Positions 36,029-45,780 of a stretch of 64,000 nucleotides of DNA are shown in pieces (the stretch's first letter is position 1; each line of letters starts with the position of its first letter). A program made the position numbers and the translations under genes. Source of the DNA: Dermatophilaceae bacterium (lineage in GTDB: Bacteria; Actinomycetota; Actinomycetes; Actinomycetales; Dermatophilaceae). The stretch lies in NCBI GenBank assembly GCA_051645525.1, contig JBOFBK010000518.1:4013-68012 (forward strand), given 5' to 3'. The notes under the pieces were generated by a model. It saw nothing but the letters and a program-made list of their open reading frames with translations. It was not told the DNA's origin and did not search any database.

Positions 36029-36330
36029 TCCTGCTCCGCAACGAGCTCGGTGAGGTGCTGCGGGACACCCGGCAGCGGCAGGGCCGCACCCTGCGCGACG
36101 TCGCCGCGAGCGCGTCGGTCTCCCTCGGTTACCTCAGCGAGATCGAGCGCGGTACCAAGGAGGCGTCGTCCGAGCTGTTGTGTGCGGTGTGCGACGGCCT
36201 GGGGCTCAGCCTGTCCGAGGTGCTCGGCATGGTGCACCAGCGCGTCGAGCGGGTCGAGACCCTCACTGCCCCGCTCGCTCTCCCCGTTGCCGCCCCTGCC
36301 GCCGACGGCGTCTCGGCATCCGCAGCCTGA
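36025..36330 (+). CDS. clgR: XRE-family HTH regulator, ClgR-like
   Basis: LRDTRQRQGRTLRDVAASASVSLGYLSEIERGTKEASSELL. Its position after pgsA-cinA matches mycobacterial clgR. RBS GGAGAGGAGG. GTGA overlap with cinA. Confidence 0.7.
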   Translation: MILLRNELGEVLRDTRQRQGRTLRDVAASASVSLGYLSEIERGTKEASSELLCAVCDGLGLSLSEVLGMVHQRVERVETLTAPLALPVAAPAADGVSASAA

Positions 36331-36334
36331 ACTC

Positions 36335-37216
36335 TCACGCGCCTCGGCGCCGGTAGGCGCCGGCCCGCGTGCCGGTCGGGCCCGACCCGAGCGGCCGTTG
36401 CGGTCGCCCGTCGTCGGTGGGAGCGAGCCCGTGCTGGCAGGTGGGGCACGAGAAGAGCGTGCGCTCGTGCGGCGGCCGTCCGGTCATCGCCACCCGGATG
36501 ACGTCGCCGCACCGGCGGCACGGCCGGCCGGAGCGCGCGTGCACATAGGCCTCCTCACCGGCCCGGTCGATGCCGGTACTGCCCTGCCAGCCCGTGCGCA
36601 CCGAGCGCGTCATCAGGCGCTGAGCCCGGCGCAGGGCCGCCCTCAGCCGGTCGGTGCCGACATCGTGGACCGCCGTCCAGGGGAGCACGCGCTCGAGGAA
36701 GAGCACCTCGCTGGCCCAGAACGTGCCGATGCCGGCGAGCGTTCGCTGGTCGAGCAGCGCATCACCGACGAGACCACCATGGGTGAGGAGGTTCTCGACC
36801 GCGCGGTCCTCGTCCCAGTCGGGCCCGAGCAGGTCGGGGCCGAGATGTCCGACGAGGTCGCTCTCGTGCGTCGTGGGCACCAGGTCGAGCATGCCGAGGC
36901 GTAGGCCGGCGGCGAGCCACTCGGCGGTGGCGACACCGGCGCGCAGGTCACGGCGTCGCCATGCCCGCTCGGCCCGTGGCCCGTGGTGCTCGAGGCGCCA
37001 CTGACCCTCCATCCGCAGGTGGGTGTGCAGGGTCGCCCCGCTGTCGAAGCGGTGCAGCAGGTGCTTGCCGCGGGACACGACGGCGACGGTGTGCGACCCG
37101 CGCAGGTCGACATCAGGCGCGCTGGGCCAGCGCAGCTCGGCATGGGTCACCTCGGCGCCGCGGAGCGCACGGTCGAGCCGGTCGGCGGTGCGGCGCACGG
37201 TGTCACCCTCGGGCAC
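36335..37216 (-). CDS. nei: endonuclease VIII / Fpg-Nei family DNA glycosylase
   Basis: N-terminal MPEGDT (catalytic Pro2), H2TH region, C-terminal zinc finger CRRCG...CPTCQ. Lies downstream of lhr, as in mycobacteria. Confidence 0.88.
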   Translation of the reverse strand: MPEGDTVRRTADRLDRALRGAEVTHAELRWPSAPDVDLRGSHTVAVVSRGKHLLHRFDSGATLHTHLRMEGQWRLEHHGPRAERAWRRRDLRAGVATAEWLAAGLRLGMLDLVPTTHESDLVGHLGPDLLGPDWDEDRAVENLLTHGGLVGDALLDQRTLAGIGTFWASEVLFLERVLPWTAVHDVGTDRLRAALRRAQRLMTRSVRTGWQGSTGIDRAGEEAYVHARSGRPCRRCGDVIRVAMTGRPPHERTLFSCPTCQHGLAPTDDGRPQRPLGSGPTGTRAGAYRRRGA

Positions 37217-37401
37217 GGCTGCTCCTGCCCCGAGCGGAGATGCTGACCATCATGTCGACCCTGGTGCGAGGGCGCGGCATGCACATCCCGTACCCGCTGC
37301 CCGGCCGCCGTACCGGAGACGGGTGACCGCATCATCGTTCGGCGCCTGCGACACGCGGCGACACGAGCTCGCGAACAGGTGTTCCAGGGAGAGCCACCTG
37401 G

Positions 37402-40400
37402 TCATCGCCGCATCCGCAGGCCGCGTGGGGTGAGGTGGAAGCCGGCCGCCTCCAGCGCCCCGACGACCGGGTGTGCCGACCCGAGAAGCTGCCCACCGTC
37501 GGCCTTCTCGACGGTGAGCCGGCCGAGGTGGCCGGCACGCACCGCGCTAGCGAGCGCGGTCGCCGCAGCTGTGAGCAGCGCCGGATCCTCGGAGTACGTG
37601 AGCAGCGTCTTGCCGCCGCGCTCCACATAGAGCACGAGATCACCGTCGACCATCACCACCACCGCGCCGGCCTTGCGTCCGGGCTGGTGCCGTCGGCGGC
37701 GGTCGCCACCAGAGCTGCTGGATGCCGAGCCATCGGCTTCCGCACGGGACGTGCCCGGCGGCTCCGCGGCCCTCGGCGTCGGAGACCTGAGCGATGACGC
37801 GGAGGTCGTGGGATCGGGAGCCGAGGACGGGTCGACCGAGCGGTCGGGCCAGGGCAGGGCAGCACCGAAGGGGTTGGCCGGGTCGGACGCCGCGAGCACG
37901 ACGGCCGTCGGAGCAGCGCGGCGCCCGCCCGAGCCACCGGGGCCGGGTGGGTGGCTTGATTCGTCTGCACCGTTCGGTCCGTTAGCGCCGTTCGCTCTGG
38001 CGGTGCCGACCGTGCCACTCGCGTCGGCCGACCCGGCGCGGAGCCGGTCGACGGCACCGGTAGTGCCGAACTGCGAGGCACCCAGCCCCTCGACGAAGTA
38101 GCCACGGCGCACCCGTCCGGCCTCCTCGGCCCGGCCGAGCACGCGGTAGACCGCCGCGAAGCCGCCAGGAGCGTCCTCGGCGGCGACCGCTCCTCGGGTG
38201 ACCACCCCGTGCCGGTCCAGCAGCAGCTCGGCGAGGGCCAGCGCCCGCACGGTGGGGTCGAGGTCGACCGGTGGGAGCAGCGACCAGCGGCCGGTCGCCC
38301 GGGGCGGGCCCGACCGCACCGGCATCGCAGGGCGGGCCGGCATCCCGCCGAGCGCACCGAGAGGCCCGCGGCGCCGCGAGTAGCGGGCTCGGCGCGGCGC
38401 GGCGGTGGTGCGCCGGTGCGCGGTGCGTCCGCCGGACAGCAGTGCCCGCACGGGCGCGAACGTGTCGCCGGTGACCCGGCCGGACCAGACGAGGTCCCAG
38501 AGCGTCGTGGTGAGCGCGTCGTCATCCGTACTGCCGACCTGGTCGGAGAGCCCGCGGAAGAAGTGCGCCCCGCCCCCGGCGAGGGCGTCGAGGACGGCGA
38601 GGCCCTCCGGCGACGGCGGCCTCTCGGGGTCCGGACCAGGCAGCGTGAGGTGAGCGGAGTCGGCGAGGTGCAGCGAGACCCAGCCGTCGTCGCCGGGCAG
38701 CGAGCCGTGCCCGCACCACAGCACCTCGCCGCTGGCGAGCACCTCGTCGAGCAGGGCGGGGGAGTAGTCGGCCACCCGCGCCGGCAGTGCGAGCGACTCC
38801 ACTGCGCTGGCCGGCAGCACCGCCCCGCTCAGCTGCTCGACCACCCGGAGCAGACCGTCCCGGCCGCGCACCCGGCCGCCGACCCCCTGCCACTCGGCGA
38901 GGAAACGGGCCAGGTCGGTGGGCGTGACCGGCTCGACCTCGGCACGCAGCGCGGCCAGGGAGCGGCGGCGCAGCAGGCGCAGCACCTCGGCGTCGCAGAA
39001 CTCGGTGGTGCCGCCGCCGGTGGGCAGCAGCTCACCCTCGACCAGCCGGCCGGTGGCGACCAGCCGGGTGAGCGCCGTGTGCACGACCGCTGGGCCGAGC
39101 CCGTAGAACCGGGCGACCTCGGCGACGTGGAACGGCGCATGGGTGCGGGCGTACCGGGCGATGAGGTCGCCGAGCGGGTCGGGCACCGGTTCGAGGAACG
39201 CGTGCGGCACGCCGGGCGGTAGGGAGGTGCCGAGCGCGTCGCGCAGGCGGGCGGCGTCGTCGATGGACGCCCACCGGTCCTCGCCGGCCACGCGCACCGG
39301 GATCACCTGGCGCGCGCCCTCGAGGCCGGCCAGCCAGGCGTCCACATCGGCGCCGGCGGTGCCCTCGCGGCAGCGCGCGAGCACGGCATCCGCCGCGAGT
39401 GGCCCGAGCACCCGCAGCAGGTCGAGCACGTCGTCGGCGTCGCGCGCCGCGCGCTCGGGGGCGAGCCGCTGCAGCTCGGCCTCGGTGCGGGCGACCTGCT
39501 CGGCGTCGAGCAGGTCGCGCAGTGCCAACCCCTCCGAGCCACCGAGCAGCTCGGCGAGCAGGCTCGGGTCGAGGGCGAGCGCGGCCGCCCGCCGCTCGGC
39601 GAGCGGCGAGTCGCCCTCGTAGAGGAACTGCGCGACGTACCCGAAGAGCAGCGACTTCGCGAACGGCGACGGCACCCGGCTCTCGACGTCGACGACGGTG
39701 ACCCGGCGCGAGCGGATGTCGCGCATCAGCTGCCCGAGCCCGGGCACGTCGAACACGTCCTGCACGCACTCGCGGACCGCCTCGAGCACGATCGGGAACT
39801 GCGGGTACTGGCTGGCCACCTCGAGCAGCTGCGAGGCGCGCTGGCGCTGCTGCCACAGCGGCTGGCGCCGGTCGGGACGGCGGCGCGGGAGCAGGAGCGC
39901 GCGGGCGGCGCACTCGCGGAACCGGGACGCGAACAGCGCCGACCCGCCGATCTCGTCGGTGACCAGCGCGCTCACGTCGTCGGGGTCGAGCGTGACCAGG
40001 TCGAGCAGCTCGCGGCCGACCCCGCGTTCACTGACCCCGTCGGCCTCGTCGAGCTCGATGTCGGGCAGTCGCAGCACGATGCCGTCGTCGCCGTGCATCG
40101 CCTGCACGTCGACCCCGAACCGGTCGCGCAGCCGCGCGCTCACCGCGAGCGCCCACGGCGCGTGCACCTGGGCGCCGAAGGGGGAGAGGATGGCGACCCG
40201 CCAGTCGCCGAGCTCGTCGCGGAACCGCTCCACGACGATCGTGCGGTCGTCGGGCACGTGCCCGGTGGCCTCGCGCTGCTCGCGCAGGTACGTGAGCAGA
40301 TTGTCGGCCGCCCACTCGTCGAGGCCGGCCGCGCGCACCCGCGAGCGAGCGTCATCCGGCGTGAGCCCCTCGACCTCGCGGACGAAGGCGCCCACGGCGC

Positions 40401-42348
40401 GGCCGAGCTCGGCCGGGCGGCCCTGCTGGTCGCCCTTCCAGAACGGCAGCTTGCCCGGGAGCCCTGGGGCCGGGGTGACGAGCACGCGGTCGTGGGTGAT
40501 GTCCTCGATGCGCCAGGTGCTCGTGCCGAGGGTGAACAGGTCGCCGACGCGGGACTCGTAGACCATCTCCTCGTCGAGCTCGCCCACCCGCCGTCCCGGC
40601 CCCTCGCCGGTCGCGAGGAACACCGCGTAGAGCCCGCGGTCGGGGATGGTGCCGCCACTGGTGACCGCGAGCCGCTGTGCGCCACGGCGACCGCTGAGGA
40701 CGTCGGTGAGGCGGTCCCAGGTGATCCGGGCGCGCAGCTCGGCGAACTCCTCGCTGGGGTAGCGGCCGGCGAGCATGTCGAGCACCGACTCGAGCACCGG
40801 GCGGGTGAGCGTGGCGTACGACGCGCTGCGGCGGGCCAGGGCGAGCACGTCGTCGACCGTCCAGTCGTCGAGGGCGCACATCGCCACGACCTGCTGGGCC
40901 AGCACGTCGAGCGGGTTGGCGGGCACCGTCAGCGCCTCGATGGCCCCGGCGAGCATGCGCTCGACCACGACCGCGGTCTGCACGAGGTCGCCGCGGAACT
41001 TCGGGAACAGCACCCCGCGGGACACCGCGCCCACCTGGTGCCCGGCGCGGCCCACGCGCTGCAGCCCGGAGGCCACCGACGGCGGTGACTCGACCTGCAC
41101 CACCAGATCGACCGCGCCCATGTCGATACCGAGCTCGAGGCTGCTCGTGGCCACCACCGCCGGCAACCGCCCGGACTTCAGCGCCTCCTCGATCTCGGCC
41201 CGCTGCTCCTTGCTCACCGACCCGTGGTGCGCGCGGGCGATCACTCCCGGTGCCCCGCTGCTCGCACCGGCCTGGGCCATCACCTGAGCGGGACTGCGGG
41301 ACGCCGTGGCCGCGGGACCCGTGCTCCGCGGGGAGGCACCGCCCGCGCCCGCCGCGCCCGACGCCGCCCGCCGTCGCTCGTCATCCGCGGCGTCATCCGC
41401 GCCCGCCTCGGTGCGTTCCTCCCAGATCTCGTTCAGCCGGGAGGTGAGCCGCTCGGCGAGCCGGCGGCTGTTGGAGAAGACCAGGGTGGAGGTGTGGTCG
41501 GCGACGAGGTCGACGATGCGCTCCTCGACGTGCGGCCAGATCGAGGTGCGCTGCTCCTGCCCGGATGCCGCGCCCGCGAGGTCGCCGGTGGGCTGGCCGA
41601 GCTCGGCCATGTCGGGAACGGGGACCACCACCTTGAGGTCCCACTTCTTGGTCGACGGCGGCTGCACGATGTCGACCGGCCGGCCACCGGCGAGGTAGCG
41701 CGCGACCTCCTCGACCGGCCGCACGGTGGCGGAAAGACCGACCCGCTGCGCCGGCCGGTCGAGCACGGCGTCGAGCCGCTCGAGGGTGAGCGCGAGGTGG
41801 GCGCCGCGCTTGGTACCCGCAATGGCGTGCACCTCGTCGACGATGACGGTCTCGACACCGGCGAGGGCCTCCCGGGCGGCGCTGGTGAGCAGCAGGAACA
41901 GCGACTCGGGGGTGGTGATGAGCACGTCAGTCGGGGTGCGGGCGAAGGCCCGGCGCTCGTCGGCCGGGGTGTCGCCGGAGCGGACGGCCACGGTGATCTC
42001 GGGCTCCGGCAGGCCGAGCCGCGTGGCGGCGTGCCGGATGCCGACCAGCGGGCTACGCAGGTTGCGCTCGACGTCGACGGCGAGCGCCTTCATCGGGGAG
42101 ACGTAGAGCACCCGGCAGCGCTTGAGCCTGTCCTCCGGTGGCGGTGTGGAGGCGAGCCGGTCGAGCGCGTGCAGGAAGGAGCTGAGCGTCTTGCCGGAGC
42201 CGGTGGGCGCGACGACGAGAGCGTGATGGCCGCTGCCGATCGCCGCCCAGGCGCCCACCTGGGCTTGGGTCGGCGCGCTGAAACTGGCTCGGAACCAGGC
42301 TGAGGTGGCCGGCGAGAACCGGTCGAGGACGTCATCCATGCTGGTCAC
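37402..42348 (-). CDS. lhr: ATP-dependent helicase Lhr (large helicase-related)
   Basis: Walker A APTGSGKT, DEVH box, SAT. Long C-terminal domain ending HQPGRKAGAVVVMVDG...YVERGG. 1648 aa. Alternative ATG start at 42339. Confidence 0.93.
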   Translation of the reverse strand: MTSMDDVLDRFSPATSAWFRASFSAPTQAQVGAWAAIGSGHHALVVAPTGSGKTLSSFLHALDRLASTPPPEDRLKRCRVLYVSPMKALAVDVERNLRSPLVGIRHAATRLGLPEPEITVAVRSGDTPADERRAFARTPTDVLITTPESLFLLLTSAAREALAGVETVIVDEVHAIAGTKRGAHLALTLERLDAVLDRPAQRVGLSATVRPVEEVARYLAGGRPVDIVQPPSTKKWDLKVVVPVPDMAELGQPTGDLAGAASGQEQRTSIWPHVEERIVDLVADHTSTLVFSNSRRLAERLTSRLNEIWEERTEAGADDAADDERRRAASGAAGAGGASPRSTGPAATASRSPAQVMAQAGASSGAPGVIARAHHGSVSKEQRAEIEEALKSGRLPAVVATSSLELGIDMGAVDLVVQVESPPSVASGLQRVGRAGHQVGAVSRGVLFPKFRGDLVQTAVVVERMLAGAIEALTVPANPLDVLAQQVVAMCALDDWTVDDVLALARRSASYATLTRPVLESVLDMLAGRYPSEEFAELRARITWDRLTDVLSGRRGAQRLAVTSGGTIPDRGLYAVFLATGEGPGRRVGELDEEMVYESRVGDLFTLGTSTWRIEDITHDRVLVTPAPGLPGKLPFWKGDQQGRPAELGRAVGAFVREVEGLTPDDARSRVRAAGLDEWAADNLLTYLREQREATGHVPDDRTIVVERFRDELGDWRVAILSPFGAQVHAPWALAVSARLRDRFGVDVQAMHGDDGIVLRLPDIELDEADGVSERGVGRELLDLVTLDPDDVSALVTDEIGGSALFASRFRECAARALLLPRRRPDRRQPLWQQRQRASQLLEVASQYPQFPIVLEAVRECVQDVFDVPGLGQLMRDIRSRRVTVVDVESRVPSPFAKSLLFGYVAQFLYEGDSPLAERRAAALALDPSLLAELLGGSEGLALRDLLDAEQVARTEAELQRLAPERAARDADDVLDLLRVLGPLAADAVLARCREGTAGADVDAWLAGLEGARQVIPVRVAGEDRWASIDDAARLRDALGTSLPPGVPHAFLEPVPDPLGDLIARYARTHAPFHVAEVARFYGLGPAVVHTALTRLVATGRLVEGELLPTGGGTTEFCDAEVLRLLRRRSLAALRAEVEPVTPTDLARFLAEWQGVGGRVRGRDGLLRVVEQLSGAVLPASAVESLALPARVADYSPALLDEVLASGEVLWCGHGSLPGDDGWVSLHLADSAHLTLPGPDPERPPSPEGLAVLDALAGGGAHFFRGLSDQVGSTDDDALTTTLWDLVWSGRVTGDTFAPVRALLSGGRTAHRRTTAAPRRARYSRRRGPLGALGGMPARPAMPVRSGPPRATGRWSLLPPVDLDPTVRALALAELLLDRHGVVTRGAVAAEDAPGGFAAVYRVLGRAEEAGRVRRGYFVEGLGASQFGTTGAVDRLRAGSADASGTVGTARANGANGPNGADESSHPPGPGGSGGRRAAPTAVVLAASDPANPFGAALPWPDRSVDPSSAPDPTTSASSLRSPTPRAAEPPGTSRAEADGSASSSSGGDRRRRHQPGRKAGAVVVMVDGDLVLYVERGGKTLLTYSEDPALLTAAATALASAVRAGHLGRLTVEKADGGQLLGSAHPVVGALEAAGFHLTPRGLRMRR

Positions 42349-42371
42349 ACCCTCTCACCCGGCACCGACAT
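42349..42371 (-). promoter_or_regulatory. RecA-NDp (PafBC-type) like promoter motif upstream of lhr
   Basis: The minus strand reads aTGTCGGTG-ccgggtga-GAGGGT. The consensus is tTGTCRgtg-N8-TAnnnT. There is one mismatch, at the first base of the -10. Confidence 0.45.
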
Positions 42372-42494
42372 GCAGGGGTGCGTGAGCAGTCCTTCACCAG
42401 GACGTCGGACCCTCGTCGGACCCGACCGCGGGTCGCGGCCACGGCGGCCTCTCGTCCGACGCCGTGACGCTCGTGCCGCGCAGTGCGGCGATGT

Positions 42495-42500
42495 TATGGT
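42495..42500 (+). promoter_or_regulatory. -10-like TATGGT, 6 nt before the vapB ATG (leaderless-type)
   Basis: TATGGT-gcggtg-ATG. Confidence 0.4.
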
Positions 42501-42506
42501 GCGGTG

Positions 42507-42737
42507 ATGCGGACAACGGTCGACATCGACGACACCGTGCTCGCTGCTGCCCGCTCGCTGGCTCGCGCCGGCCGGATGTCGCTCGGCGCGGCGATCTCCG
42601 AGTTGGCGCGTCGCGGCCTGGCCGCGCCCACGGCATCGACTCGTGTCGACGCCGAGGACACTCCCTTCCCGGTGCTCGTGGACTCGACCGGTCACATCGT
42701 CACCGACGAGCTGGTCGTCGCCCATCGTGACGACTGA
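42507..42737 (+). CDS. vapB: type II antitoxin VapB-like
   Basis: MRTTVDIDDTVLAAARSLA... N-terminus typical of VapB antitoxins of the Rv0300 type. 76 aa. Overlaps the PIN gene by 11 nt. Confidence 0.8.
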   Translation: MRTTVDIDDTVLAAARSLARAGRMSLGAAISELARRGLAAPTASTRVDAEDTPFPVLVDSTGHIVTDELVVAHRDD

Positions 42738-43176
42738 GTCCGCCGCTCCCGGATGGCTGTGCGACGTCAACGTCCTCGTCGCCCTCGCGCTGCAGACCCA
42801 CCTGCACCACGGCGCGGCGCATGCGGCGTTGCGGTCGCACCGCGGTACGTGGGCCACCTGTCCGGTGACCGAGGCAGCCCTGGTGCGGCTTCTCGTCAAC
42901 CCTCGGGTCGTCCCGAACGCGTTCGCCGCACCGCAGGTGTGGGCGACGTTGCGCGGGATGAGGACGGACCCGCGGTGGCGCTTCGTCGCGGACGACGTCT
43001 CGCTCGTCGAGGCGTCGATCGACACCTCGGTCGGGACCGGTCACCAGCAGGTGACCGACGTCCACCTGGTCAACCTCGCAGCATCCGCCGGGCTCGTGCT
43101 CGCGACCTTCGATGCCCGTATCCCCGCATCGCTCGCTCCGTCCGACCGGCGCCACGTCCACGTCCTGACACCGTGA
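42727..43176 (+). CDS. vapC: PIN-domain toxin VapC
   Basis: WLCDVNVLVAL (first acidic PIN motif), ...TEAALVRLL..., ...QVTDVHLVNLA... . 149 aa. Confidence 0.8.
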   Translation: MTTESAAPGWLCDVNVLVALALQTHLHHGAAHAALRSHRGTWATCPVTEAALVRLLVNPRVVPNAFAAPQVWATLRGMRTDPRWRFVADDVSLVEASIDTSVGTGHQQVTDVHLVNLAASAGLVLATFDARIPASLAPSDRRHVHVLTP

Positions 43177-43257
43177 CCTGGCGGCGAGCGGCCCGGCGAG
43201 GCCGCACCCCTGGCCGAGCCTCGGTCCGGCAAGGCCACCGCAACGCCGCGGCCCGGC

Positions 43258-44301
43258 TCAGGTGGCCGGCTGCTGCTGGGTGATGCAGTGGATGCCGCCG
43301 CCGCGCTCGAAGAGCGGCCGGGCGTCGACGCCCACCACCCGCCGGCCCGGGTAGGCCCGCTCCAGCACCGCGAGCGAGTCGGAGTCCTGCGGGTCGTCGA
43401 ACGTGCACGCCACGACGCCGTCGTTCACGACGACGTGGTTGACGTACGACCAGTCGACCGGCCGGCCGTCGTCGTCCTCGAGCGTCTTCGGCGCGGGCAG
43501 CCGCACCACCTCCAACTCCTCGCCGCGTGCGTCGACCGACGACGACAGCAGCCCCTCCAGCTCGACGCACACCTCGTGGTCGGGGTGGTCGGGGTCCTCC
43601 TGCCAGTGCAGCAGCACGACCCCCGGTGACGCGAACGTCGCCACCATGTCGACGTGGCCGCGCGTGCCGAACTCGTCGTAGTCGCGGGTCAGCCCACGCG
43701 GCAGCCAGATGCACCTCGTGGCGCCGATGGTGCGCGCCAGCTCGGCCTCGACGTCGGCGCGCGTCATCCCCGGGTTGCGACCGGGGTCGAGCTGCACCGT
43801 CTCGGTGAGCAGTACGGTGCCGAGGCCGTCGACATGGATGCCGCCGCCCTCGTTCACCATCGGCGAGTCGACGACGGCGGCCCCGGCCAGGCCGGCAACG
43901 AACCGGCCGACCTCGGCGTCCTTCCCCCAGGACGCCCACTCCTGCGCACCCCAGCCGTTGAACACCCAGTCGACCGCCCCGACCGAACCGTGCTCTCCGA
44001 GAACGAAGGTCGGCCCGATGTCGCGCATCCACGCGTCGTCGAGCGGCGCGGTGACCACGCGGATGCCGTGGCCGCACCGCTCGCGTGCCATCTCCTCGTG
44101 GGCCGGTTCGGCCACCATGGTCACCGGCTCGAAGCGGGCCACCGCCCGCGCCACCTGCGACCAGGTGCGGCGGGCGGTGTCGGCATCCGCGACGGTCTCG
44201 CCGAGGGTGTACCCGGATGACGGCCACGCCATCCAGGTGCGGTCGTGCGGTGCCCATTCGGGCGGCATCCGCCACGAGCCGGGGGCGGTCGCCATCGTCA
44301 T
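43258..44301 (-). CDS. aguA: agmatine deiminase
   Basis: WRMPPEWAPH, WMRDIGPTF, FNGWG, GGGIH.DG, and C-terminal GGGIHCITQQ motifs. ATGA overlap with the upstream gene. Confidence 0.9.
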   Translation of the reverse strand: MTMATAPGSWRMPPEWAPHDRTWMAWPSSGYTLGETVADADTARRTWSQVARAVARFEPVTMVAEPAHEEMARERCGHGIRVVTAPLDDAWMRDIGPTFVLGEHGSVGAVDWVFNGWGAQEWASWGKDAEVGRFVAGLAGAAVVDSPMVNEGGGIHVDGLGTVLLTETVQLDPGRNPGMTRADVEAELARTIGATRCIWLPRGLTRDYDEFGTRGHVDMVATFASPGVVLLHWQEDPDHPDHEVCVELEGLLSSSVDARGEELEVVRLPAPKTLEDDDGRPVDWSYVNHVVVNDGVVACTFDDPQDSDSLAVLERAYPGRRVVGVDARPLFERGGGIHCITQQQPAT

Positions 44302-45266
44302 CCCTCCCGGCGGTGCTCGGCCCGCACCGGCGCGGCGAGGATCGAGTACGAGTCGGGTCGGCGGGTGGCGAGGAACGGGAACAGGTCGAGCCAGTCCCGG
44401 CCCTGGGCGAGGTCGAGGTCGGCCACCAGTGCGACCGCCTCGTCGCGCGGTGCTCGCACGAGCACCCGGCCGTAAGGGTCGGCGACGAAACTCGACCCGT
44501 AGAACGTGATGGTCCCCTCGGCGCCGAACCGGTTCGGGACCACGACGAACAGGCCGTTCGCGATGGCGTGTCCCACGAGCGTGTGCTCCCAGAGCGGCTG
44601 GGTGTCGAAGTCGGGATGGTCGGGCTCGGAGCCGATCGCGGTCGGGTACACGAGCACCTGGGCGCCGCCGATGGCGTAGGCGCGGGCCACCTCGGGGAAC
44701 CACTCGTCCCAGCAGGTAGGGAGTCCGAGCTGCATCCCCAGCCCCTCGACGTCGTAGACCGGATAGGCGTCGGTCGCGGGCCCCGGGCGGAAATACTTGT
44801 CCTCGTGGTAGCCGGCGGTCACCGGGATGTGCGTCTTGCGGGTGCGGCCGACCAGGGTGCCGTCCGGGGCGACGAGGACGGCGGTGTTGAAGCCGAGCCC
44901 GTCGTCGGTGCGGTCGGTGGCCGAGGACTTCTCGTACAGGCTCGCGTGCACGTAGGCGCCGGTGGCGGCCGCCGCCTCGCGGGCGAACGCCATGGTCGGG
45001 CCGTCCTCCAGCGACTCCGCGAGGTCGTCCGGCCGGCCGTCGGGCACGGTGTCGGCGGGGTACCGGGACAGGGTGAGCTCGGGGAGGAAGACCACCCGGG
45101 CGCCGGCGTCGGCGCAGGTGCGGATGCCGTCGAGCAGGGTGGCGCGCAGCCGCTCGCCGTCGGGGTCCCACGCGTGCTGGACCACACCGATGCGGACAAG
45201 AGGCCCGGCGGGCTCGTGGACCCGAGCCGGTGACGGCGGCACGCTCGCCGCGGTGATGAGACGCAT
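44298..45266 (-). CDS. aguB: N-carbamoylputrescine amidase (nitrilase superfamily)
   Basis: Catalytic E-K-C context: VVFLPELT, RKTHIP, LPTCWDEWFPE. The start is either ATG 45266 or GTG 45323. Confidence 0.85.
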   Translation of the reverse strand: MRLITAASVPPSPARVHEPAGPLVRIGVVQHAWDPDGERLRATLLDGIRTCADAGARVVFLPELTLSRYPADTVPDGRPDDLAESLEDGPTMAFAREAAAATGAYVHASLYEKSSATDRTDDGLGFNTAVLVAPDGTLVGRTRKTHIPVTAGYHEDKYFRPGPATDAYPVYDVEGLGMQLGLPTCWDEWFPEVARAYAIGGAQVLVYPTAIGSEPDHPDFDTQPLWEHTLVGHAIANGLFVVVPNRFGAEGTITFYGSSFVADPYGRVLVRAPRDEAVALVADLDLAQGRDWLDLFPFLATRRPDSYSILAAPVRAEHRREG

Positions 45267-45324
45267 GGCGCCAGGATCGCATAGGCGACCCGCAGTGCCG
45301 GTATCCGCAGTTCGGCCGACCACG

Positions 45325-45330
45325 TACTAT
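45325..45330 (+). promoter_or_regulatory. -10-like TACTAT, 7 nt before GTG 45338 (leaderless-type)
   Basis: TACTAT-ccggcgg-GTG. Confidence 0.4.
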
Positions 45331-45337
45331 CCGGCGG

Positions 45338-45574
45338 GTGAGGCACAGCAGGTTCTGGGAGCTGATGGCCGAGGAGTTCGGGGAGACCTACGCCGAATCG
45401 CTCGCCTCGTCACTGGTGCTGTCCGCACTCGGCGGCCGCACCGCACGAGAGGCCCTCGACGCCGGCATCCGGCCGCGCGAGGTCTGGGTAGCGCTCTGCG
45501 ACGCCATGGAGCTTCCCGAGGCGCGGCGCCACGGCCGCGAGCAGCCCGGGCGGCGTGCCGGCAGCGGGGAGTGA
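45338..45574 (+). CDS. DUF3046 family protein (usually recA-linked in Actinobacteria)
   Basis: RHSRFWELMAEEFGETYAESLASSLVLSALGGRTAREALDAGIRPREVWVALCDAMELPE matches the DUF3046 pattern. Confidence 0.8.
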   Translation: MRHSRFWELMAEEFGETYAESLASSLVLSALGGRTAREALDAGIRPREVWVALCDAMELPEARRHGREQPGRRAGSGE

Positions 45575-45599
45575 GCGGGCGTCATCCGCGGGTCGCCCT

Positions 45600-45739
45600 G
45601 TCGACGCCATGGCGCCCGAGCGCGCCGATGGCATTCACCTCTCGACGCCGGCGACCCATGTCGACACCATGGCGCCCGTGCGCGCCGATGGTGTCCATAT
45701 GTCGACGCCGGCGACCCATGTCGACGCCATGGCGTCCGA
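45600..45739. repeat. 60-bp tandem repeat, 2.3 copies, rich in GCCATGGC / GTCGAC palindromes
   Basis: Units at 45600-45659, 45660-45719 (about 85% identical) and a partial unit at 45720-45739. Each begins GTCGACRCCATGGCG. Confidence 0.9.
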
Positions 45740-45780
45740 TTTGTGGTGGCCGAGCGAGTGTCTGCTGCCAGGGTGTGCCG

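Noticed and set aside
37690-37870. Ser/Pro/Ala-rich insertion near the Lhr C-terminus as a separate domain or gene fusion
   Set aside because: It is in frame, has no motifs, and is flanked by conserved Lhr C-terminal segments (DPANPFGAALPWP ... HQPGRKAG). The most likely explanation is a disordered linker expansion.
45600-45739. Tandem repeats considered as a CRISPR array
   Set aside because: The units are directly adjacent with no unique spacers. There are only 2.3 copies, the units are 60 bp, and no cas genes are present.
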